From Maribacter sp. (GTDB lineage Bacteria; Bacteroidota; Bacteroidia; Flavobacteriales; Flavobacteriaceae), in the NCBI RefSeq assembly GCF_016744255.1, contig NZ_JADGES010000004.1, positions 10,142 through 74,141 of the forward strand: a stretch of DNA of 64,000 nt. Reading direction: 5' to 3'. Shown here one piece after another: positions 34,373-43,393 of this stretch. Position 1 is the stretch's first letter. Every line of letters starts with the position of its first letter. Both the position numbers and the translations under genes were made by a program. Below the pieces are notes generated by a model. It saw only the letters and a list, made by a program, of their open reading frames with translations. It did not search any database and was not told the origin of the DNA.

Positions 34373-36229
34373 TTAGTTGGCCTTGCTGTAATGAATTTCC
34401 AATTTTAACCTTTTTTCGCCAGAAGAAGGGTCACCAGCATATAGAACCGTGCTTAACGGGCTTATTATTGACGCTACTGGAAGCTCTTGATCACCACTAC
34501 TAATTTTTGCATTTAATGCCCCTGCAACTCTAATATTAGGAGTAGTCATTAACCCTAAGGTAACATTAGGATTATCAGACGACCTTAGCACCAAATTGTT
34601 TATATAATCGGTAATACGTATTCTATACTTATCACCGGATGTAGATTCTTCTAAAAAACCATCATAATTTAAAAAAGTTCCAAAAGTAGACTCTGCTATC
34701 GTATTTTCCGTAGCAGCATTATAAACCCCTGCATTCGTCTCCGTATTGAACAAATATAATCTTGGCGGTTTAATATTGCTTATATTTTGCGTTGCCGCAT
34801 TATCTACATAAAAAACCAAATTTGCTTCATTTATAATCCAATTATTCGCCTTGATTTCTGCTATAATTGACGAACTAATAACCGCATCTGAACTAAATAA
34901 ATCTATTGTAGCATATGCACCAGATCCACCTTTTAAATAAATTTTATCTGCTTCCTCTGAGGAATTAAGGGCATCGGCAATTTCGGTCGGATAAGCCTCA
35001 TTCACAAACGTATTAACAGCATTCCCTGTGAAATTTGCACCTATGAAAGAAAAAGAAAAATCTTTTGTTTTAACATCTATTGTATCATCTGTTGTATCAT
35101 CCTTAGTCTCATTAATATTATAAAAATTATAGGTATAAGTCATAACAATACTGGCCTTCGTTAAGTCTAAAAGAATCATTAATTCTTCGGCAGATGTTAA
35201 AGATAATTGTAAACCCCTAATATATTCTTTAAAATTAGCCTGATCTAATAACTCAGTACTTCCTTCTTTATTAATGATGTTATTTTGAAAGAAATCCACA
35301 TCTAAAGGAATACGTATTCCAGGGCTTAGCTTTTTATAAGTCTTAGCTTCGTTTATGTCCTCTGTAGAAAGATCATCTTTCCCCTCGATTAATATCTCTT
35401 TATCCTTAATTGTCTCTTCTACATTTGCTAAAACTTCCCCTGTAAAAGAAGTATAATCATTATTAGAGTAATATTTCTCTGCTTCTGTAAAATTGGTTTG
35501 TGGATCAAAATCTCTTAAAAAAAAGGTAGATCTTTTTACCGTTAGCGTAAATGGTGTTTCTCTATTTCCGTAGATACTATCTAAATCTACTTGTTTAGCG
35601 AAATTATTTTTTATTATTGGCTCTTTAGGAGCCACATCATTTATACCATCTGAATCGGCATCAACACTAGCTACACTTAAAGGGTTTGTTCCTTGCTGGG
35701 TTTCTCTTAAATTACCAACACCATCTCCATCGGTATCATTATCAGGATTAGTTTTATCATCACCCGAAAGTTCTAAGTCATCAATAACTCCGTCATTATC
35801 ACTATCCGATGTTAATGAATTGGTTAAATACGGTATATATAAATATACTTCCGTAACATCTTCTTCCTCCTTAATAGTAGCAACATTATCATCTGTATCG
35901 GCAGAATCTTCTATTGCCTGACTATATGCACCAAAAGAAGGGTTCGCTTGGGACAATTGTATCTGAGAAGTTATCTGTGCTTCTGTTTTACCGTAAATAG
36001 GATCATTAAAAGCTCCTAACTGATAAACCCCCAGCTTATTTGTTTGTACTGCTTCTATATTATTATTAAACGCAAATACATCATAAACCTCTGTTCCGGT
36101 AGTAAATGGTTGACCACCTATTACATCCTGACCTATTGTAGTTAAATCTTCCTCACAAGAGGAGAAAAAAATTAAAATAAACAAAGTACCCACCAAAGTA
36201 GGAGATTGTAATCTCTGTAATAAATTCAT
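34373..36229 (-). CDS. DUF4270 family lipoprotein with an inserted Asp-rich Ca-binding-type segment
   Basis: Lipobox FFSSC, LGAFNDPIYGKT, IYLKGGSG and KLEIHYSK; insert DSDNDGVIDD..DTDGDGVGN..DADSDGIND. Confidence 0.8.
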   Translation of the reverse strand: MNLLQRLQSPTLVGTLFILIFFSSCEEDLTTIGQDVIGGQPFTTGTEVYDVFAFNNNIEAVQTNKLGVYQLGAFNDPIYGKTEAQITSQIQLSQANPSFGAYSQAIEDSADTDDNVATIKEEEDVTEVYLYIPYLTNSLTSDSDNDGVIDDLELSGDDKTNPDNDTDGDGVGNLRETQQGTNPLSVASVDADSDGINDVAPKEPIIKNNFAKQVDLDSIYGNRETPFTLTVKRSTFFLRDFDPQTNFTEAEKYYSNNDYTSFTGEVLANVEETIKDKEILIEGKDDLSTEDINEAKTYKKLSPGIRIPLDVDFFQNNIINKEGSTELLDQANFKEYIRGLQLSLTSAEELMILLDLTKASIVMTYTYNFYNINETKDDTTDDTIDVKTKDFSFSFIGANFTGNAVNTFVNEAYPTEIADALNSSEEADKIYLKGGSGAYATIDLFSSDAVISSSIIAEIKANNWIINEANLVFYVDNAATQNISNIKPPRLYLFNTETNAGVYNAATENTIAESTFGTFLNYDGFLEESTSGDKYRIRITDYINNLVLRSSDNPNVTLGLMTTPNIRVAGALNAKISSGDQELPVASIISPLSTVLYAGDPSSGEKRLKLEIHYSKAN

Positions 36230-36234
36230 TTAGA

Positions 36235-37044
36235 TTATTTTAAAACTTCTGTGTCATAAAAATTAGCATATGCTTCTTCAAACTCCTGAAGAGGAACAAA
36301 TGGTAACACTGGTTTATCTAGGTTAGATATATGGTTTTGTAAATCTTCTGGAATTTCTTCCGCTGCTAAAATAACTGCATCAGAATAATCTACAGCAACC
36401 TTTAACAAATTATTATAACTAGGCTGTTTTAAAAAGCTAATATCCTCTTCTGCAACACCATCAAAAGCAATTTTAGATACCATCCCTTCATTTAACTCTC
36501 CTTCAAAGCCTTGCCCATAAACAGAAGTAACTATTTTACTATCTGCAAACAATGGCTCATCTGCATAATACTTTTTTAAATATAATGGCAATAAAGACGC
36601 CATCCATCCATGTACATGAATAATATCTGGAGTCCAGTTTAATTTTTTAACCGTTTCTACTACTCCTTTAGCAAAAAAAATAGCTCTTTGGTCATTATCC
36701 GGAAAAAGATTACCATCTGCATCCGCAAATGTCGCCTTTCTTTTAAAATACTCCTCGTTATCAATAAAATAGACTTGAATACGCTCTTTTGGAATAGAAG
36801 CGACCTTAATTATCAATGGCATATCCATGTCATTAATTACTAAATTCATTCCAGAAAGTCTAATTACCTCATGAAGCTGATGTCTTCTTTCGTTAATATT
36901 TCCATACCTAGGCATAAAAATTCTAATCTGCCCACCATTACTGTTAACCATTTTTGGTGTTTCATACGACATTAAAGAAACTTCATTCTGTGGGAGATAA
37001 GGAACTAACTCAGAAGAAACAAACAATACCTTTTTACCATTCAT
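36235..37044 (-). CDS. Glycogen/starch synthase-like protein (N-terminal Glyco_transf_5 domain only)
   Basis: IRIFMPRYG, YFIDNEEYF and PDIIHVHGW motifs; 269 aa; no C-terminal GT-B domain. Confidence 0.8.
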   Translation of the reverse strand: MNGKKVLFVSSELVPYLPQNEVSLMSYETPKMVNSNGGQIRIFMPRYGNINERRHQLHEVIRLSGMNLVINDMDMPLIIKVASIPKERIQVYFIDNEEYFKRKATFADADGNLFPDNDQRAIFFAKGVVETVKKLNWTPDIIHVHGWMASLLPLYLKKYYADEPLFADSKIVTSVYGQGFEGELNEGMVSKIAFDGVAEEDISFLKQPSYNNLLKVAVDYSDAVILAAEEIPEDLQNHISNLDKPVLPFVPLQEFEEAYANFYDTEVLK

Positions 37045-37146
37045 ATAGTAAATATTTTATTTTTTTGTGAACGTAGGTGCAAAATTACAAAAATTATAGA
37101 GATTACAGGTATTTATAGTAAGTTTGCTGCCTATTAAATTAAACCT

Positions 37147-37992
37147 ATGTTGGTAATTACAACCAATACCGAATTAAATACCTTTTTAAAAACAATAAAA
37201 AAGGATAATAACCTTGGGCTTGTTCCTACTATGGGTGCATTGCATAGTGGCCATCTATCTTTAGTGAAAAAAGCCATTAAAGAGAATGACCATGTTATTG
37301 TTAGCATCTTTGTAAACCCAACACAATTCAACAACAAAGAAGATTTAGAAAAATACCCTCAAACTCTAGATACCGATATAAAACTTTTGTCTATGGCTTC
37401 GGATCAAATTGTTGTTTACGTCCCTTCTGTTTCCGAAGTTTATAAAAAAGAGGTTACTCCCAAAAAATATAACTTTCAAGGTCTAGATCTTGTTATGGAA
37501 GGAGAATTTAGAGATGATCATTTTAATGGCGTAGGGACAATTGTAGAGATGCTTTTAAACCTCATAAAACCAAATAATGCTTATTTTGGAGAAAAAGATT
37601 TTCAACAATTACAAATCATTAAAAAGCTAACCGAAATAGAAAATATACCTGTTAACATTATTGGCTGCCCCATCGTAAGGGAGTCTCACGGATTAGCTAT
37701 GAGCTCTAGAAATGAAAGGCTGCCATCGCAAATTAGACAAGAAGCTTCTATTATCTACAATACTTTAAAAGCTGCCAAAGAAAAATTTGGCACGAAAAGT
37801 GCAAAAGTAATTACAGATTGGGTTACCAAAGTTATTAATGACAACCCAAATTTTAAAATAGAATATATAGAAATTTCAGACGCGCAAACTTTAAAACCTA
37901 TAAAGAGAAAGCAAAAAGGTAAAAAATACAGAGCTTTTATTGCTGTATATACTGCCAATGTTAGACTTATAGATAATATTGCCCTTAATTGA
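37147..37992 (+). CDS. panC: Pantoate--beta-alanine ligase
   Basis: VPTMGALHSGH, SIFVNPTQF, FGEKDFQQ and MSSRN motifs. Confidence 0.98.
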   Translation: MLVITTNTELNTFLKTIKKDNNLGLVPTMGALHSGHLSLVKKAIKENDHVIVSIFVNPTQFNNKEDLEKYPQTLDTDIKLLSMASDQIVVYVPSVSEVYKKEVTPKKYNFQGLDLVMEGEFRDDHFNGVGTIVEMLLNLIKPNNAYFGEKDFQQLQIIKKLTEIENIPVNIIGCPIVRESHGLAMSSRNERLPSQIRQEASIIYNTLKAAKEKFGTKSAKVITDWVTKVINDNPNFKIEYIEISDAQTLKPIKRKQKGKKYRAFIAVYTANVRLIDNIALN

Positions 37993-38005
37993 TTAATTTT
38001 ATCCC

Positions 38006-38356
38006 ATGCAAATAGAAGTAGTAAAATCCAAAATTCACCGTGTTAAAGTAACTGGTGCTGATTTAAACTATATTGGTAGTATTACTATCGATGAAGATTT
38101 AATGGATGCCGCAAATATTATTAGAGGCGAAAAAGTACAAATTGTAAACAATAATAATGGAGAGCGTTTAGAAACATACGCTATTCCTGGGCCTAGAAAA
38201 AGTGGTGAAATCACTTTAAACGGAGCTGCATCTAGAAGAGTTGCCGTTGGCGATATTTTAATCTTAATAACCTACGGAAGAATGGATATTGAAGAAGCTA
38301 AAACATTTAACCCTTCTTTGGTTTTTCCTAATGAAGAAAACAATCTACTAGTTTAG
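38006..38356 (+). CDS. panD: Aspartate 1-decarboxylase
   Basis: [14 protein letters not shown] (G-S cleavage site) and NGERLETY motifs. Confidence 0.98.
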   Translation: MQIEVVKSKIHRVKVTGADLNYIGSITIDEDLMDAANIIRGEKVQIVNNNNGERLETYAIPGPRKSGEITLNGAASRRVAVGDILILITYGRMDIEEAKTFNPSLVFPNEENNLLV

Positions 38357-38358
38357 TT

Positions 38359-39321
38359 TTGAACGGAAAATTAAAAAAAAACTTAAAAACGGTACTCCCA
38401 ATCGCCTTGGGAGTATTTTTAATATGGTATTCTTACAACACTACCTCTCCAGAAGATAGAACGCAAATAATTAAATACATTAAAGATGCCGATCTTTTTT
38501 GGGTAGGTTTATCTGTAATCATTGGAATACTAAGTCATGTATCTAGAGCCATTCGTTGGAACTATTTACTAGAACCACTGGGTTACAAACCAAAATTAAC
38601 AAATAACGTACTCATCATATTTTTATCTTATTTTGCCAACGCACTTATAATTAGATCCGGAGAAGTATTAAGACCTACAGCTTTGGCTACCTATGAAAAT
38701 GTGCCATTTGAAAAAGGATTAGGAACCATCGTGACAGAACGTATTGTGGATGTGGTTATGCTACTTATTATTATTTTAACTGCCTTCTTACTCCAGACCA
38801 AAATAATTATTGAAATTTTAGAAGAAAATGGCATCGGTTTAATTGCCTCTATAAGCATTCTTTTTATTGCTATTTTAGGTCTTTTTGCTTCTATTAAAAT
38901 TATTTCAAAATCTACCTCGAAAATAGCTTTAAAAATAAAAACCTTTTTAAAAGGCATACAAGATGGTGTCCTGAGTATTTTTAAAATGAAACATAAATGG
39001 TCTTTTATTTTCCACACCTTATTTATTTGGTTTGCCTATGTCGCTATGTTTTGGGTTATTAAATTCACGGTTCTAGAAACCATTGACCTTTCCGTTAGCC
39101 AGATTCTCGTTGCTTTTATTGCAGGTGCCTTTGCCATGTCAGCTACCAATGGTGGTCTTGGACTGTTTCCTATTGCAGTTAGTAAAGCTCTTGTTGTTTT
39201 TGGCATAAGCTCTGTCTCTGGAGATGCATACGGATGGATTATGTGGATAGCGCAAACATTAATGCTTGTTGTCTTTGGAACAATATCTTTTCTTGTATTA
39301 CCGTTATTAAATCGAAAATAA
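38359..39321 (+). CDS. Lysylphosphatidylglycerol synthase TM-domain / UPF0104 flippase-like membrane protein
   Basis: RAIRWNYLL, RSGEVLRP, GTIVTERIVD and GGLGLF motifs; polytopic; TTG start. Confidence 0.8.
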   Translation: MNGKLKKNLKTVLPIALGVFLIWYSYNTTSPEDRTQIIKYIKDADLFWVGLSVIIGILSHVSRAIRWNYLLEPLGYKPKLTNNVLIIFLSYFANALIIRSGEVLRPTALATYENVPFEKGLGTIVTERIVDVVMLLIIILTAFLLQTKIIIEILEENGIGLIASISILFIAILGLFASIKIISKSTSKIALKIKTFLKGIQDGVLSIFKMKHKWSFIFHTLFIWFAYVAMFWVIKFTVLETIDLSVSQILVAFIAGAFAMSATNGGLGLFPIAVSKALVVFGISSVSGDAYGWIMWIAQTLMLVVFGTISFLVLPLLNRK

Positions 39322-39351
39322 ATACTTTTTCACAGTACCAAAACCAATTTA

Positions 39352-40494
39352 ATGAAACATTTTTTTACAATTTTTGCACTTCTGCTATGCATGGGTGTCA
39401 ATGCTCAGGTAAAACAAGAAATTTTTGAGTCGTTTAAACTTCAAGAAAGACGCGATGTATATTATTATATTCCTGAAGATTACGATATTGAAAAAAAGTA
39501 CCCCATCATAGTTGTCTTAGATGCAGAATATTTATTTGACCAAGTTGTCGCAAATTCAAAATTTTACAGTAGATTCCATGGAATGCCACAAAGTATCATT
39601 GTAGGCATAAACCAAAGTGAAAATAACGTAAGGTTTGATGATTGCGCCTTTGACAAAGAAAATGGTTTGCCGACAGAGAAAGGGAAAGAATTCTTTGAAT
39701 TTATAGGAATGGAATTAATACCATACTTAGAAACCAGTTATTCTGTAGCTCCTTTTAAAATGATTCTTGGTTATGATATAACAGCTAATTTTCAAAATTT
39801 TTACTTATTTAAAGAAAAATCTTTATTCAATGCCTATGTTAGCATATCGCCAACTTTAGCACCAGAGATGGAAACTAGAATCCCAACTCGTTTAGCTGCT
39901 ATAGATCAAAAAATATTTTATCAAATTATTGTAGAAGCAGATAAAAACAAAAACACCGCGAAGATTTCTACCTTAAACAAAGGCCTAAAAGCTATTGAAA
40001 AAGAGTCGCTTCATTATTTTTATGAAGAATATGAAAATGCCGATCATATTTCTATTGCAACATACGGAATAGGAAAAGCTTTTGATAATATTTTTGGAAT
40101 GTTTAAGCCCATAAGTACCAAAGAATATAAATCTAAAATACTAACCTCAGAAGAACCAGTTTTTGATTACTTAAAAAACAAATATAAAGGAATTGAAGAC
40201 CTATTTGGATTTAAGAAAACGGTAGATTTAAATGACATAATGGCCATTTATGCTGCAACACGCAAGAAAGAAGATTTTGAATCTTTAAAACCATTATCTG
40301 ATTTATGCAAACGCGAATTTCCAAGTACTATGCTAGGTTTCTATTTTGAAGGAGAATATTACGAGCAAATGGGAGAACCTAAAAAAGCCTTGCGAACTTT
40401 TGAGAAATCATTTGGAATGGAAGAAATAGATTTCCTAACCAAAGAAATGGCACTAGAAAAAATTGACGCATTAAAAGCTGATTTTGGATACTAA
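39352..40494 (+). CDS. Putative esterase (alpha/beta hydrolase) with a C-terminal TPR
   Basis: KKYPIIVVLDA, FIGMELIPYL and C-terminal YFEGEYYEQMGEPKKA; the nucleophile elbow looks degenerate (GYDIT). Confidence 0.7.
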   Translation: MKHFFTIFALLLCMGVNAQVKQEIFESFKLQERRDVYYYIPEDYDIEKKYPIIVVLDAEYLFDQVVANSKFYSRFHGMPQSIIVGINQSENNVRFDDCAFDKENGLPTEKGKEFFEFIGMELIPYLETSYSVAPFKMILGYDITANFQNFYLFKEKSLFNAYVSISPTLAPEMETRIPTRLAAIDQKIFYQIIVEADKNKNTAKISTLNKGLKAIEKESLHYFYEEYENADHISIATYGIGKAFDNIFGMFKPISTKEYKSKILTSEEPVFDYLKNKYKGIEDLFGFKKTVDLNDIMAIYAATRKKEDFESLKPLSDLCKREFPSTMLGFYFEGEYYEQMGEPKKALRTFEKSFGMEEIDFLTKEMALEKIDALKADFGY

Positions 40495-40514
40495 AATAAC
40501 AGAACTGAATATTT

Positions 40515-40558
40515 AAAAAATGCTGCTTTGAACCTAAAAATTCAAAGCAGCATTTTTT
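40515..40558 (+). terminator. Terminator after the esterase
   Basis: AAAAAATGCTGCTTTGAA-N8-TTCAAAGCAGCATTTTTT. Confidence 0.85.
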
Positions 40559-40606
40559 TTTAATTTAAACTTTAAACTACCTTTAGGCCAAACTCTAATT
40601 TACGTA

Positions 40607-41968
40607 ATGGCTAAAACTAAGACTGCATATTTCTGTCAAAATTGTGGTACGCAATATGCAAAATGGGTAGGACAATGTTCTGCATGCAAGGAATGGAATA
40701 CCGTTGTAGAGGAAATAATCCAAAAAGAAGATAAAAAAGATTGGAAAACTCCGACAAATACCTCTAAAAAAATTGCAAAACCTTTACGCGTAAATGAAAT
40801 TAGCACAGAGAAAGAGATACGTTTAGACACCTACAATATAGAATTTAATAGAGTACTAGGCGGCGGACTTGTTCCTGGTTCATTAGTTTTAATTGGAGGA
40901 GAACCTGGTGTCGGAAAAAGCACCTTGCTTTTACAAATAGCATTAAAATTACCTTATAAAACATTATACGTATCTGGGGAAGAAAGTCAAAAACAAATTA
41001 AAATGCGTGCGGACCGGATTAACCCGGTAAGTGAAAATTGCCTTATACTGACAGAAACAAAAACACAAAATATATTTAAACAAATTGAGACTACAGAACC
41101 AGATATTGTAGTTATTGATTCTATACAAACCTTACATTCCGATTATATTGAGTCTGCAGCTGGTAGTATTTCTCAAATTAGAGAATGCACTACAGAGCTT
41201 ATAAAGTTTGCAAAAGAAACAAATACCCCAGTTATTCTTATTGGACATATTACCAAAGATGGATCTATTGCGGGCCCTAAAATTTTAGAACATATGGTAG
41301 ATACTGTACTTCAATTTGAAGGAGACAGAAACTATGTCTACCGTATTTTGCGGTCTTTAAAAAACCGTTTTGGGTCTACCGCAGAGTTAGGGATTTATGA
41401 AATGCAAGGCAGTGGATTAAGAGAGGTAAATAACCCATCAGAAATATTAATCTCTAAAAATGACGAAGGTCTAAGTGGTACAGCTATAGCTTCAACCGTT
41501 GAAGGTCTCCGTCCATTAATGATAGAAATTCAAGCCTTAGTAAGTACCGCGGTTTACGGAACTCCACAACGTTCTACAACGGGTTACAATGCCAAAAGAC
41601 TAAACATGCTCCTAGCTGTTTTAGAAAAAAGAGCTGGCTTTAGATTAGGTGCTAAAGATGTTTTCTTAAATATTACTGGAGGTATCTCTGTAGATGACCC
41701 AGCTATTGATTTAGCAGTTATTGCGGCAATCCTTTCTAGTAATGAAGATATTCCTGTAGACAAAGGCATGTGTTTTGCCGCAGAAGTAGGTTTAGCAGGT
41801 GAAATAAGGCCTGTACAACGGGTAGACCAACGGATTTTAGAAGCCGAAAAACTAGGTTTTACCTCGATTTTTGTATCTAAAAACAATAAAATAACCGTCA
41901 AAAAAACGGGTATAAACATTATTTCAGTTGCAAAAATAGAAGATGTTGTTAACTATTTATTTGGGTAA
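40607..41968 (+). CDS. radA: DNA repair protein RadA/Sms
   Basis: CQNC..CSAC zinc finger, GGEPGVGKST, KNRFG motif and a Lon-like C-terminal domain. Confidence 0.99.
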   Translation: MAKTKTAYFCQNCGTQYAKWVGQCSACKEWNTVVEEIIQKEDKKDWKTPTNTSKKIAKPLRVNEISTEKEIRLDTYNIEFNRVLGGGLVPGSLVLIGGEPGVGKSTLLLQIALKLPYKTLYVSGEESQKQIKMRADRINPVSENCLILTETKTQNIFKQIETTEPDIVVIDSIQTLHSDYIESAAGSISQIRECTTELIKFAKETNTPVILIGHITKDGSIAGPKILEHMVDTVLQFEGDRNYVYRILRSLKNRFGSTAELGIYEMQGSGLREVNNPSEILISKNDEGLSGTAIASTVEGLRPLMIEIQALVSTAVYGTPQRSTTGYNAKRLNMLLAVLEKRAGFRLGAKDVFLNITGGISVDDPAIDLAVIAAILSSNEDIPVDKGMCFAAEVGLAGEIRPVQRVDQRILEAEKLGFTSIFVSKNNKITVKKTGINIISVAKIEDVVNYLFG

Positions 41969-42077
41969 ACTAACGTTTATCCCTCATTATTCTAGCTAAA
42001 ACCATAAAAATTACCACAACAACAAGTATTAATACCAATTGCCAAATTCCAACTTTTAATGCAAACATATATAGATT

Positions 42078-43115
42078 TTAAGGTGCTGGGTTAGGTATAA
42101 CGTTATGTATTGCTTCAATTCCTTCTAAAACGGCATCGGTTAAAATGACATCTATACTTTCAATATTTTCTTTTAACTGCTTAAGGTTTGTTGCTCCGAT
42201 AATACTACTAGTTAAAAAAGGCCGTGTATTTACAAAAGCCAATGCCATTTGAGCCAAAGACAAATTATTTTCTGAAGCTAAATCAAAATACTTTTCTGTT
42301 GCTACTGCTGTATTTCCTCCTATATATCTATTATATATAGGAAATAAAGATAAACGAGAGTCTTCTGGTAATTTTCCTCCAATATATTTTCCGCTTAAAG
42401 CTCCAAATGCCATAGGAGAATAAGCCAACAGACCTATTTTCTCCCTCATAGATATTTCAGACAATCCAATTTCAAACTGTCTATTTAACAAGTTATAAGG
42501 ATTCTGAATTGTTATTGCTCTTGGTAAGTTATGTACTTTATGTTCTTCTAAAAAGCGCATGGTTCCCCAAGGTGTTTCATTAGAAATTCCTATCTGCCTT
42601 ATTTTACCTTCTTTGACTAAACCTTGCAACGTTTGTAAAACTTGATGAAAATTATCTTGCCAATGGTCTTTAACATCTGGTCTAAATTCTCTTTGTCCAA
42701 AATAATTAGTAGATCTTTCTGGCCAGTGCAATTGGTATAAATCTAAATAATCCGTTTTTAAACGAGTTAAGCTTCCTTCAACAGCCTCTATAATTGCTTC
42801 TTTTACAAAACCTGTAGAGCGAATAAATTTGGTATAATCTCCGTTACCAGCAATTTTAGATGCTAAAACAACCTTTTCCCTATTCCCTGTTTCTTTAAAC
42901 CAATTTCCTATTATTCTCTCTGTATGTGCATAACGGTCTTTATGCGCTGGCACAGGGTATAGTTCTGCCGTATCAAAAAAATTAACACCCTCTTCTAATG
43001 CATAATTCATTTGCTCAAAACCCTCTTGCTCCGAATTTTGATTACCCCATGTCATAGTTCCTAAACAAATTTTACTTACGACTATATCTGTATTTGGAAG
43101 TTTAGTATATTTCAT
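42078..43115 (-). CDS. Aldo/keto reductase (Tas-like)
   Basis: CLGTMTWG, FFDTAELYP, DLYQLHWPER, IGISNET and LLAYSP motifs. Confidence 0.93.
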   Translation of the reverse strand: MKYTKLPNTDIVVSKICLGTMTWGNQNSEQEGFEQMNYALEEGVNFFDTAELYPVPAHKDRYAHTERIIGNWFKETGNREKVVLASKIAGNGDYTKFIRSTGFVKEAIIEAVEGSLTRLKTDYLDLYQLHWPERSTNYFGQREFRPDVKDHWQDNFHQVLQTLQGLVKEGKIRQIGISNETPWGTMRFLEEHKVHNLPRAITIQNPYNLLNRQFEIGLSEISMREKIGLLAYSPMAFGALSGKYIGGKLPEDSRLSLFPIYNRYIGGNTAVATEKYFDLASENNLSLAQMALAFVNTRPFLTSSIIGATNLKQLKENIESIDVILTDAVLEGIEAIHNVIPNPAP

Positions 43116-43393
43116 AATTCTATTGTGCTCCTAAATTTTAAAGATTCAAATTTAGTAATTAAATAATAGCCCCCGTTTTTGGGTTCTATACTTTCTAAAA
43201 AAAGTCATTGAAACTACTCTGAAATAGCAGAGACATTCCTAGTTAAAACCCCCTGAACCCCTACAAAATTTATCCTCATCGACGAACAGATTACAATTTT
43301 TAAATACTAAAAACCAATAAGAAGCGTTATTTATAAGCTTATACCCTAAAGAACCTAGGTGTGTAAATAAACCAAACCACTAAATGCCTACTT

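Noticed and set aside
43230-43300. C-runs and CATCGACGAA upstream of the adhesin as phase-variation or regulator sites
   Set aside because: The runs are short (4-5 nt), no invertible repeats or recombinase are nearby, and there is no second copy to support a motif.
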